Shown here piece after piece: positions 7,674 to 15,020 of a stretch of DNA of 44,244 nucleotides (its first letter is position 1; every line of letters begins with the position of its first letter). The notes under the pieces were generated by a model, which saw only the letters and a list, made by a program, of their open reading frames with translations, was not told where the DNA came from and searched no databases. Both the position numbers and the translations under genes were made by a program. The DNA is taken from positions 1 to 44,244 of the forward strand of contig JACQLN010000007.1 in the NCBI GenBank assembly GCA_016204035.1, read 5' to 3'. Source of the stretch: Parcubacteria group bacterium (GTDB lineage Bacteria > Patescibacteriota > Minisyncoccia > JACQLN01).

Positions 7674-8705
7674 TTATGTTTTTATTCCCCTTAAATACTC
7701 CGCGGCTTCGTCGGGATCCACGTCTATCACCTCGCCGCCGGTGCCCAGTTCAAACCCGCCCCAAATGTTGAGCCGCGGGTTTATTTCCAGATGCCAATGG
7801 TAATAGTCGTATTCGTGGTCGCGTTCGGCCGGCGGGGTATGTATAAAAAAATTGTAAGCGGGGTTGTTTAAGCCGTGGTAGATCTTGGCCAAAGAAATTT
7901 TTAAGGCCTCGGCAAAATCAACCGTTTCGCCGTCGCTTATGTTTTCAAAATAGGATTGGTGCGTTTTGGGAAAAATCCTGACTTCGTAGGAAAACCTGGG
8001 CACGTACGGCACCACAGCCACAAAAGATTTGTTTTCAAAAATAATCCTTTTTTTCTCTTTTAATTCCCATTCTAAGATATCGCAGTGCACGCACCGGCCC
8101 CTTTCTTCTTTATATTTTCTGGAACCCTCCAAACTGCGGCGAACATCGGCCGGTATAAACGACAAAGCCATTATTTGCGAATGGGGGTGCGAGATGGACG
8201 CGCCGGATGGGCGGCCGTGATTATGAAATATCAAAATGTAATCGACGCACATTTTTTGCGACAACTCTAAATACCTTTCCCGATACACTTTTATTATCTG
8301 CCCCGCCTCGGCAACTTCCAGTTGGGCTAAAGACCGGCGATGATCCTTAAACACCACCACTTCGTGGTAGCCGGCATTGTCTTTAACTAAATATAGGCCT
8401 TCTTTTGATTCGGCGCGGCAGTTTTGCCCCTCCATAATGGGAAATTTATTTTTCACCACCTGAACCGCCCAACCGCTTCCATCAGCCAAAGGATATGTTT
8501 TAATCACCTCGTTGCCGTGTTCTTTGGGGTTTTCAAAAGGGCAAAGATTGATTGGGGTTTCACGTTCCGGGGTTCCGGACGACTTAAAGGCCTCCGGGCG
8601 TTTAGCCCGGCCGGTGGAAATTACCACCCAGTCCCGGCCAACCGGATCCTGGCGGAGCTCCGAAATATCTTTAGTTTTTTTATTGTTCACAAAAAAATCA
8701 TTCAC
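7674..8705 (-). CDS. galT: Galactose-1-phosphate uridylyltransferase
   Basis: 343 aa with a CPFC-type Zn site (CPFENP) and the HIT-like HPHSQI active-site motif. Confidence 0.85.
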   Translation of the reverse strand: MNDFFVNNKKTKDISELRQDPVGRDWVVISTGRAKRPEAFKSSGTPERETPINLCPFENPKEHGNEVIKTYPLADGSGWAVQVVKNKFPIMEGQNCRAESKEGLYLVKDNAGYHEVVVFKDHRRSLAQLEVAEAGQIIKVYRERYLELSQKMCVDYILIFHNHGRPSGASISHPHSQIMALSFIPADVRRSLEGSRKYKEERGRCVHCDILEWELKEKKRIIFENKSFVAVVPYVPRFSYEVRIFPKTHQSYFENISDGETVDFAEALKISLAKIYHGLNNPAYNFFIHTPPAERDHEYDYYHWHLEINPRLNIWGGFELGTGGEVIDVDPDEAAEYLRGIKT

Positions 8706-8749
8706 TAGTAAATTATCAATTTACAATTTACAATAAATTTTCAATGATT

Positions 8750-8790
8750 CAATTATCAAAAGTGTTTGAAAATTGTTTAATTGATAATTG
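8750..8790. repeat. AT-rich palindromic spacer element
   Basis: CAATTATCAA-21 nt-TTGATAATTG with AAGTGTTTGAA in the loop. The same arms occur at 11229-11281. Confidence 0.8.
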
Positions 8791-8819
8791 ATTGAAAATT
8801 GGGATTTGAAAATTGAAAA

Positions 8820-9554
8820 TTATTTGTATTTCCCCGTCCGTAAGTGCCACCAAATTTTTACCGTTTCCAGTAAAGCGTTTAAGTACCCGGATAATTTTAC
8901 GTGGCTTTGGGTATCGTTCTTCCAGTAAACCGGTATAATGCCAATTTTTAAGTTAAATTTTTTGGCCAGAGCCAAAACCTCCACATCAAAAGCCCAGCGA
9001 TTTATGGTGGTTTGGGAAAATATTTTTTCGGCCGCCTGGGCGGTAAAACCCTTAAAACCATTTTGAGTGTCCCAAATTCCCGGCACCGCCAAAAATTGAA
9101 TCAATAAATTGCCCATATCGCCTAAAAACCTTTTGAGGACGGACTGGGGCACGGCCTGGGTCGCGCCAACGGCGTCGCGGTAGTCGCGCGAACCGATAAC
9201 CACATCAAAACCGCCGTGGAATTTAGCCAGCATTTTTTCCAAGTGGCCGATGTCAGTGGAATTATCGGCGTCGCTAAAAACCCTTATCTCGCCGCTGGCC
9301 GCCAGCAGCCCTTGGCGCACCACATAGCCCTTGCCGTTATTTTCCTTGTTATTGATTATTTTAAGAGGCGCCCATTCGCGGGCAAAATTTTCGGCCACCT
9401 CGGCCGTCCGGTCTTTAGCCCCGTCCACCACCATCAAAACTTCGTACGAATAATTTTGCGCCGATAAATATTCTTTTATCCTGGCTAAAGTCCTGCCGAT
9501 TCTTTTGGCTTCGTTGTAGGCGGGAATCACAAGCGACAAGTATGGTTCCTTCAT
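8820..9554 (-). CDS. Family 2 glycosyltransferase (dolichyl/polyprenyl-phosphate hexosyltransferase-like)
   Basis: 244 aa: SLVIPAYNE, VVDGAKDRT, SDAD (DxD). Confidence 0.85.
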   Translation of the reverse strand: MKEPYLSLVIPAYNEAKRIGRTLARIKEYLSAQNYSYEVLMVVDGAKDRTAEVAENFAREWAPLKIINNKENNGKGYVVRQGLLAASGEIRVFSDADNSTDIGHLEKMLAKFHGGFDVVIGSRDYRDAVGATQAVPQSVLKRFLGDMGNLLIQFLAVPGIWDTQNGFKGFTAQAAEKIFSQTTINRWAFDVEVLALAKKFNLKIGIIPVYWKNDTQSHVKLSGYLNALLETVKIWWHLRTGKYK

Positions 9555-9561
9555 AGAATTT

Positions 9562-9570
9562 ATTGTAACA
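9562..9570 (-). promoter_or_regulatory. Extended -10 box TGTTACAAT, 7 nt upstream of the GT2 start codon (leaderless-type)
   Basis: The reverse complement of 9562-9570 is TGTTACAAT. The ATG is at 9554. The same arrangement precedes the PP2C gene and adk. Confidence 0.5.
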
Positions 9571-9716
9571 AATAAACACCCCGTAGTGAATTTTACCTAT
9601 TCTTGATAATTCCGACGGCAACGTTGGAATTGGCAAAATTCTACTACGGTGAACAAAATTAAGACAATAAAAAAACGACCGCCGCCTGCCGGGCGAGGCC
9701 GTTGAAGTTATTGCTG

Positions 9717-9827
9717 TTATAGAGACAACCATTCCTCTCTGTTGGGATCGGGCACGCAGGCCAACGCGTCCAAAAAAATCCAAACAAGTACCGCGAGAAC
9801 TATAAACCCGACATAGCCGATTATCAT
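9717..9827 (-). CDS. Small hydrophobic peptide (36 aa)
   Basis: Own translation: MIIGYVGFIVLAVLVWIFLDALACVPDPNREEWLSL. It is preceded by AAGGAGG 6 nt upstream. Too short for the supplied ORF track. Confidence 0.5.
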   Translation of the reverse strand: MIIGYVGFIVLAVLVWIFLDALACVPDPNREEWLSL

Positions 9828-9875
9828 GCAATACCTCCTTGGTTGTTACTCCCACGCCATAAAAAAGAGTTAACT

Positions 9876-9998
9876 TTATAATAAAAGAACTCTGATCACA
9901 TCGAAAACCAACCAACATACCGCTATCATTGCAGTCCAACATATTGCCGAAAAAAGAACAGCTACAATCATAAACAAAAATGCTACCAACAACCTCAT
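9876..9998 (-). CDS. Small hydrophobic peptide (40 aa)
   Basis: Own translation: MRLLVAFLFMIVAVLFSAICWTAMIAVCWLVFDVIRVLLL. It is preceded by GAAGGAGG 6 nt upstream. Confidence 0.5.
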   Translation of the reverse strand: MRLLVAFLFMIVAVLFSAICWTAMIAVCWLVFDVIRVLLL

Positions 9999-10060
9999 CT
10001 ATTACCTCCTTCAATTTGAGGAATATCTTAAAAGTACCACCGCTGACAAGAAACGTCAAA

Positions 10061-10432
10061 TCAACTTAATTTATCTAAATATGTCTGCAAAATTAGCGCG
10101 GCCGAAGATTCATCTATTTTTTGAGAATTTTCAGCGGCCATTTTGGAACTGAAAATTTCGTTTACGGTTTCTACGGGAGTATCGGTGCGGGCTTCCACGT
10201 CTTCGGCAAATTCCGTGATCTTATCCGCAAAATCGTTTTTTCGGCCGTCAAAACTCACCGGCACTCCCACAACGATTTTTTCTATGACTTCGGTTTTAAC
10301 AACATAGGCTAGTTCGTTTAGCAAACCGGGACCGTTGATTATGGTCTTAAAAGGCGTGGCTATTTTAAGCCGATCGTCCCCTTTGGCCAAGCCGATTCTT
10401 TTTTCGCCGTAATCTATGCTTAAGTAGTTCAT
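10061..10432 (-). CDS. ruvX: Holliday junction resolvase-like RuvX/YqgF
   Basis: 123 aa. LSIDYGEKRIGLA is a typical YqgF N-terminus. Confidence 0.85.
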   Translation of the reverse strand: MNYLSIDYGEKRIGLAKGDDRLKIATPFKTIINGPGLLNELAYVVKTEVIEKIVVGVPVSFDGRKNDFADKITEFAEDVEARTDTPVETVNEIFSSKMAAENSQKIDESSAALILQTYLDKLS

Positions 10433-10471
10433 AAATTCAGTTAATAAACGGAGTCGAGTTTCCGTTTCCGC

Positions 10472-10574
10472 CCAAGAAAAGAAACATCACCCCGAACTGC
10501 CCTCATGGAGAAGACTTTAATGTTTTTTAAGATGAGAGGCTCCGTGACAGGCAGTGAGGGGTGATTTTTCTTGG
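10472..10574. repeat. Structured intergenic element, type 2, divergent copy 3
   Basis: AGAAACATCACCCC/GGGGTGATTTTTCT closing stem. The inner stem CATGGAG/CTCCGTG has a T.G pair, and CTGCC pairs with GGCAG. Confidence 0.75.
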
Positions 10575-10646
10575 ATGTAAATAAGTAAACTCAATAGAAA
10601 ACGGAAAGTTGGCAAAATCGATTGATGAGTAAACAGTAGCCAGAAG

Positions 10647-11225
10647 TTATTTTTCTATATAGTACAACACTACCAAGGAACCTATAAAAAATAAAAATTC
10701 AAAAACGGCAATGGGGTGCAATTTGAAATAAAAATTTCTTAACCAGTGGTCGTCGCCGTGGCGACGGATAACTTCTTTAAGCTCGGCCGGCGGCCAAGAA
10801 ACCAAAAATTTGAACGAGAACTTGCCGTTCTTTTCGGAAAAAAATTTATAAGACCTGCGGGAAAACGGCCAGAGCCATTTGATACCCCACCCCATGCCCA
10901 CGCTGTCGTGCAAGAAATGGGCTAGAACCGTTAAACCGAAAAGCGCGCCATAGACCTGCCCCCAAAACCAATAAACCAGCGCCAGCACAGGTAAATACGT
11001 AAGTGGAAAATGCGTGAGTTCGCGGTGATGCCCTTGCACGCGCCCGCCCACACGGCCGCGTTTAGCCAGTTCTAGAAAAATATCCAAATCAGGCAGTAAA
11101 GAAAAACCAACTCCGGCCAGTATTAATCGGTACAACAAATCCACCTCAAAAAAATTAGATAATAAAATAGAAAATAAAATACCTACGCCAATATCTAGAA
11201 ACATAAGATAATTTTCAAGTTTCAA
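10647..11225 (-). CDS. Membrane-bound metal-dependent hydrolase (YdjM/DUF457-like)
   Basis: 192 aa, polytopic, with His-rich motifs HHRELTH and HDSVGMGWG. Confidence 0.6.
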   Translation of the reverse strand: MKLENYLMFLDIGVGILFSILLSNFFEVDLLYRLILAGVGFSLLPDLDIFLELAKRGRVGGRVQGHHRELTHFPLTYLPVLALVYWFWGQVYGALFGLTVLAHFLHDSVGMGWGIKWLWPFSRRSYKFFSEKNGKFSFKFLVSWPPAELKEVIRRHGDDHWLRNFYFKLHPIAVFEFLFFIGSLVVLYYIEK

Positions 11226-11228
11226 GTG

Positions 11229-11281
11229 CCAATTATCAATGAATGATCAAGTGTTTAATTTTCCAAATACTTGATAATTGG
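11229..11281. repeat. AT-rich palindromic spacer element
   Basis: CCAATTATCAA-31 nt-TTGATAATTGG with AAGTGTTTAA in the loop. Confidence 0.8.
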
Positions 11282-11329
11282 ATCCTTGAAAATTTATTGA
11301 GCGTTGAAAATTGATAATTAAAAATTTTA

Positions 11330-12094
11330 TTACAAAGAAGTCAGTACTTCCACGCCTTTAGCCGAAACGGCCACTGTATGTTCAAAATGAGCCGCCAAAC
11401 TTTTATCTTTGGTTTGGTACACAAATCCATCCAAACCCATTTCCACTTGCGGCCGGCCCACCGCTACCATTGGTTCTATGGCTATAACCATACCTTCTTT
11501 TAACACCGGCTCGTCGCCCGGTTCGCCGTAATTAGGCAAATAAGGATCTTCCTGCAAACCGCGGCCCACGCCATGCCCCGTTAGTTCGCGCACTACGGAA
11601 AACTTGGCCGATTCCACATGGCGTTGAATTTCGCGGGCAATGTCGCCCCAAAACACGCCCGGTTTAACCATACTTACAGCCAAATCCAAAGCGCCCTCGG
11701 TAACCAACATTAACTCTTCGGCTTTACCGGAAACACCCCCCACACCTAAAGTTATGGCGCTGTCGGTGTGATAACCGCCATATAAAACACCTAAATCCAA
11801 ACTGACCACATCCCCGCTTTTAAGCGTGCGTTCGTCGGGTACGCCATGAACAACTTCATTGTTTAAGGAAATGCATAAACTGGCCGGGTACGATTTTTTG
11901 GCGCCAGCCGGCTTATAACCCTTAAAAGACGGTTTGGCGTCATAACCCAAAATCAATTTTTCGGCTAAATCATCCAGATAATTCAAACTAACCCCGATTT
12001 TTATTTCGGAGGCCAGTTCTTGTAAAACACGCGCCAGGATTTTTCCACCCTGGCGCATGATTTCTATTTCTTTTTCCGATTTTATATGAATCAC
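11330..12094 (-). CDS. map: Type I methionine aminopeptidase
   Basis: 254 aa, with the metal ligand pattern D..D..H..E..E (VVSLDLG, HGVG, IAIEP, FEHT). Confidence 0.95.
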   Translation of the reverse strand: MIHIKSEKEIEIMRQGGKILARVLQELASEIKIGVSLNYLDDLAEKLILGYDAKPSFKGYKPAGAKKSYPASLCISLNNEVVHGVPDERTLKSGDVVSLDLGVLYGGYHTDSAITLGVGGVSGKAEELMLVTEGALDLAVSMVKPGVFWGDIAREIQRHVESAKFSVVRELTGHGVGRGLQEDPYLPNYGEPGDEPVLKEGMVIAIEPMVAVGRPQVEMGLDGFVYQTKDKSLAAHFEHTVAVSAKGVEVLTSL

Positions 12095-12663
12095 TTTAAG
12101 TTCAGGGCCTGTTTGATGCGCGCATGGATTTCTTCTATACTACCGAGCCCATCAACCTTAATCAACCGACCCGATTTTTCATAGTACTCAATCGCCGGCA
12201 GAGCTTGGGTATTGAACCATTCTAAACGGGATCGGATGGCTTGTTCGGAATCATCCTTCCGGCCGCGTTTTAATAAACGCGTTACGGCTTCGTCTTCGGT
12301 AATATCCACCAAAATAACTTTAATGTCGGCGCGCCCCAGCCACAACAAGACTTCGTCCATTTCCCGAGCTTCGTCCAAACGCCGGGGCGAACCGTCTATG
12401 ATTAAATTTTCCCGGCCGGATTTTAAGCTGTCAATAAGTTTTCTCTGCCACAAAAAAGCCGCCAGCCATTCGTCGGGCAAACCCCCGCCTTCCACAATCT
12501 CTTTTACTTTCCGCCCGGCCGCGGTTTCGGTTTGGGCCAGTTCCCTAAAAAGATCGCCGGTGTAAACGTACAGGCAGGGCTCTATCAGTTTTTTTAACAA
12601 CTCGGCCTGCGTGCCTTTGCCCGAACCCGACCGGCCTAAAATTATAATTGTTTGAGGAGACAT
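12091..12663 (-). CDS. adk: Adenylate kinase (short form)
   Basis: 190 aa with the GRSGSGKGTQ P-loop. It overlaps map by 4 nt. TGTTACAAT-like TACAAT lies 13 nt upstream. Confidence 0.85.
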   Translation of the reverse strand: MSPQTIIILGRSGSGKGTQAELLKKLIEPCLYVYTGDLFRELAQTETAAGRKVKEIVEGGGLPDEWLAAFLWQRKLIDSLKSGRENLIIDGSPRRLDEAREMDEVLLWLGRADIKVILVDITEDEAVTRLLKRGRKDDSEQAIRSRLEWFNTQALPAIEYYEKSGRLIKVDGLGSIEEIHARIKQALNLK

Positions 12664-12731
12664 TTTATTTATTTAGATTGTAACACAGCTTGATAACCGG
12701 CTTAAATAGCCGTTTTGGTTTTAGTGTGTTT

Positions 12732-12762
12732 ATCCACTTTTGGCCTAAGCTTAGCTTAGGCC
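12732..12762. repeat. 31-bp hairpin repeat, copy 1
   Basis: ATCCACTTTTGGCCTAAGCTTAGCTTAGGCC is the exact reverse complement of 22504-22534. Confidence 0.9.
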
Positions 12763-12804
12763 ATGTTAGATTTTATGTGTCATTCGGTTCGGGTCGGGTA
12801 TAAC

Positions 12805-12833
12805 TTGACATATAGATATTATGGCGGTATCGT
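12805..12833 (+). promoter_or_regulatory. Sigma70-type promoter of the GC-rich two-gene cassette
   Basis: TTGACA, 17-nt spacer, TATCGT. AAGGAGG at 12879-12885 precedes the ATG at 12891. Confidence 0.55.
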
Positions 12834-12890
12834 ATACAAACTACCAAACGGTAGAGTTCTTACCACCAAAACCAACCTAAGGAGGTTGAT

Positions 12891-13397
12891 ATGAGCAGGC
12901 AATCATGGGGAGATTACGAGGACGCCGCGAAGCGCGGCCCGATGGCGATTGCCGTCAAGGTCATTCTCGCGCTATTTGTGCTCGGCGCTTTTACCAGCGT
13001 CATCGGCTACGGCCTCGGCTGGTTCGGCGAAGCGGCCAAGGTGGCGCAGGAGGAATTCGGGCCTCGCGCGGCGTTGGAGAAGTACGAATGGTTCAAGAAC
13101 GCCGCCGCCCAACTGGAAAAGAAGCAGGCGGACATTACGGTTTACGACGGACGCCTGACGGCGATTAATGAGACCTACAAAGATCTCGCTCGCCAGAAGT
13201 GGCCGCGCGAAGACCGCGAACAGCACAACGTCTGGGCCTCGGAAGTGGCCGGCGTCAAGGCAAGCTACAACTCGCTCGCCGCCGAATACAACGCTCAGAT
13301 GGCTATGTTCAACTGGCGTTTCGCCAACGTCGGCGAACTTCCCAAGGGCGCGGACAGGCCGCTACCCCGCGAGTTCAAACCGTACACCACCCAGTAA
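12891..13397 (+). CDS. Hypothetical type II membrane protein (N-terminal TM plus coiled-coil-like domain)
   Basis: 168 aa with a strong SD, a TM at about residues 19-41, and a GC content far above the neighbouring genes. Confidence 0.7.
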   Translation: MSRQSWGDYEDAAKRGPMAIAVKVILALFVLGAFTSVIGYGLGWFGEAAKVAQEEFGPRAALEKYEWFKNAAAQLEKKQADITVYDGRLTAINETYKDLARQKWPREDREQHNVWASEVAGVKASYNSLAAEYNAQMAMFNWRFANVGELPKGADRPLPREFKPYTTQ

Positions 13398-13427
13398 CTC
13401 TAGAAGCGAGAGGAAGGAGAAGTACAG

Positions 13428-13997
13428 ATGAAAAAGATGCTCGCACTTGTCATAGTTGTGGCACTCGGCTCCCTTGCGGGATGCGAAACCGCATCCCGGA
13501 CACCCCAACCCCAATCCGCTTCCGGTATCAGCAAGGCCGAAGTGAAAGTTCCTACGGGATCGGACGGATTAACTGCAGAACAGCGCAATATCCGCGACCG
13601 ACTCGTTGAGGATAATAAGCCGGGTGCTGTGAAACACCTCTATGTCATCTCGGCCTACAGCGGCCAGGTTATCATCTACTCCACTGTTCGAGCCAAACAG
13701 ACAAGTGGCGGCAAGCGGCTGACGCCATCTACGGTGGCCGCGTTTGGCACGTCTGCTGGTCATATATCTGGTATCGACGTCACAATTGGAGGCCGTAGAT
13801 ATGAGACGACTGAGGTTCTCCAGGACGACGGTACTTATGGCCATTCCATGGACTACCTGTACTGGTGGGACACCAAGGGCGTGTACCATCAGCATTACGT
13901 CTCCGGCGGCCAGATCGTTCACGTTTCCAGCCAGCCCCTTGCGGTCAAGGGCATCATCATCAACATGGAGATATCCCAAAAACCGGAAATGGAGTAA
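13428..13997 (+). CDS. Hypothetical lipoprotein
   Basis: 189 aa. The MKKMLALVIVVALGSLAGC lipobox signal is present, and the SD GGAAGGAG lies upstream. Confidence 0.7.
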   Translation: MKKMLALVIVVALGSLAGCETASRTPQPQSASGISKAEVKVPTGSDGLTAEQRNIRDRLVEDNKPGAVKHLYVISAYSGQVIIYSTVRAKQTSGGKRLTPSTVAAFGTSAGHISGIDVTIGGRRYETTEVLQDDGTYGHSMDYLYWWDTKGVYHQHYVSGGQIVHVSSQPLAVKGIIINMEISQKPEME

Positions 13998-14006
13998 CTG
14001 TTCCCC

Positions 14007-14037
14007 CGCCCCGACACGATGTCGGGGCGACTTTTTT
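14007..14037 (+). terminator. Rho-independent terminator
   Basis: CGCCCCGAC-ACGAT-GTCGGGGCG followed by ACTTTTTT. Confidence 0.8.
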
Positions 14038-14090
14038 ATTATGCCGCCCGATCCTCTAAATTGTTAAACCCTCAAGGTTTAACAATTGGG

Positions 14091-14984
14091 TTAAAATTTA
14101 ACGGCTACAAGAGTCCGTTCGCGGCCGAAACTGTTGGGGTCGTCGGTGGATTTGTGGCGGGTTATTTTTTTTAATTGGGATTTTAAGTTTTTGGGCCAGG
14201 CCAAAAATAATTCCGCAAACTCTTTTATTTTAAGGTAATTTTCAAAACCGTCAGTAAAAATCATAACCACATCTCCGCTCTCAACTGAAAACTTGCCAAA
14301 GTTTAAGTATCTTTCGGCCGCCTTTTCGCCGGTAACCACGCCGTAACCAATCAACCGGCCGCCGGGACCGAGGCCGTTTCTATATGTGCTTCTGATAATT
14401 TTCTGGCGTTCTTTTTCCGGTATCTTAAGCCAGTCCCGGGGCAAGTTTTCCCGTATGACATTCCATTTATCGTCGGACTTAAAAACCAACCTGGCGGGCG
14501 GCTTAAAATGAGCCACTCCGGAATCGCAAATGGAAGCCCAGTAAACCGTTGAATCCTTCACCACCAAAAAAGCCGCTGTGGCGGCAAACAAATCAAAATC
14601 CCGATAATTCAACTTGTCCTTAAAACGTCCGCGGGCGCGATTATATTTGCCTACGGCGGCATTGGCCTTGGTAAAAACTTTTTTAAGATCGGGCGCGCCA
14701 AAATTTTTATAAATTTTTTCGGCTTCTTTAACCGCAACTTCGCAAAAAATTCTAGCCGCCTCTCCGGCGCCGGAAACCCGGGGATAAACGCCGTCCGGGC
14801 CGGGTTCTAAAGTAACGCCGTCAGCCACCGCAAAAATAGGATGTTTTTTAGAAACAGTTAAAAAATCTTCCTGGGGGCGGGTGTGCTTGTTTAAGCCGCG
14901 CAACTCTATGCCGAAACGGTTCAAAACCGCAAGACCCGCGGCCACCACGCGTGAAATCGGCTCTGTTATTTTGAATACCTTCAT
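14091..14984 (-). CDS. PP2C-family (SpoIIE-like) Ser/Thr phosphatase
   Basis: 297 aa with FAVADGV and MIFTDGF metal-binding Asp motifs. TGTTACAAT lies 8 nt upstream of the ATG. Confidence 0.65.
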   Translation of the reverse strand: MKVFKITEPISRVVAAGLAVLNRFGIELRGLNKHTRPQEDFLTVSKKHPIFAVADGVTLEPGPDGVYPRVSGAGEAARIFCEVAVKEAEKIYKNFGAPDLKKVFTKANAAVGKYNRARGRFKDKLNYRDFDLFAATAAFLVVKDSTVYWASICDSGVAHFKPPARLVFKSDDKWNVIRENLPRDWLKIPEKERQKIIRSTYRNGLGPGGRLIGYGVVTGEKAAERYLNFGKFSVESGDVVMIFTDGFENYLKIKEFAELFLAWPKNLKSQLKKITRHKSTDDPNSFGRERTLVAVKF

Positions 14985-15020
14985 ATCTATGGATTGTAAC
15001 AGACTTGTAAAAGTGATTAA

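Noticed and set aside
9415-10059. 214-aa - strand ORF
   Set aside because: It overlaps the 5' end of the GT2 gene out of frame. Composition is odd (Cys/Phe/Arg-rich) and there is no RBS. The same DNA holds two SD-led small ORFs in another frame.
12905-14067. Many overlapping ORFs on both strands (12905-13168, 12949-13158, 12972-13226, 13168-13431, 13199-13609, 13400-13588, 13569-13979, 13744-14067, 13865-14059)
   Set aside because: These are stop-codon-poor alternative frames, expected in GC-rich DNA. Only the two ORFs with an SD, a signal or TM feature and a terminator are credible.
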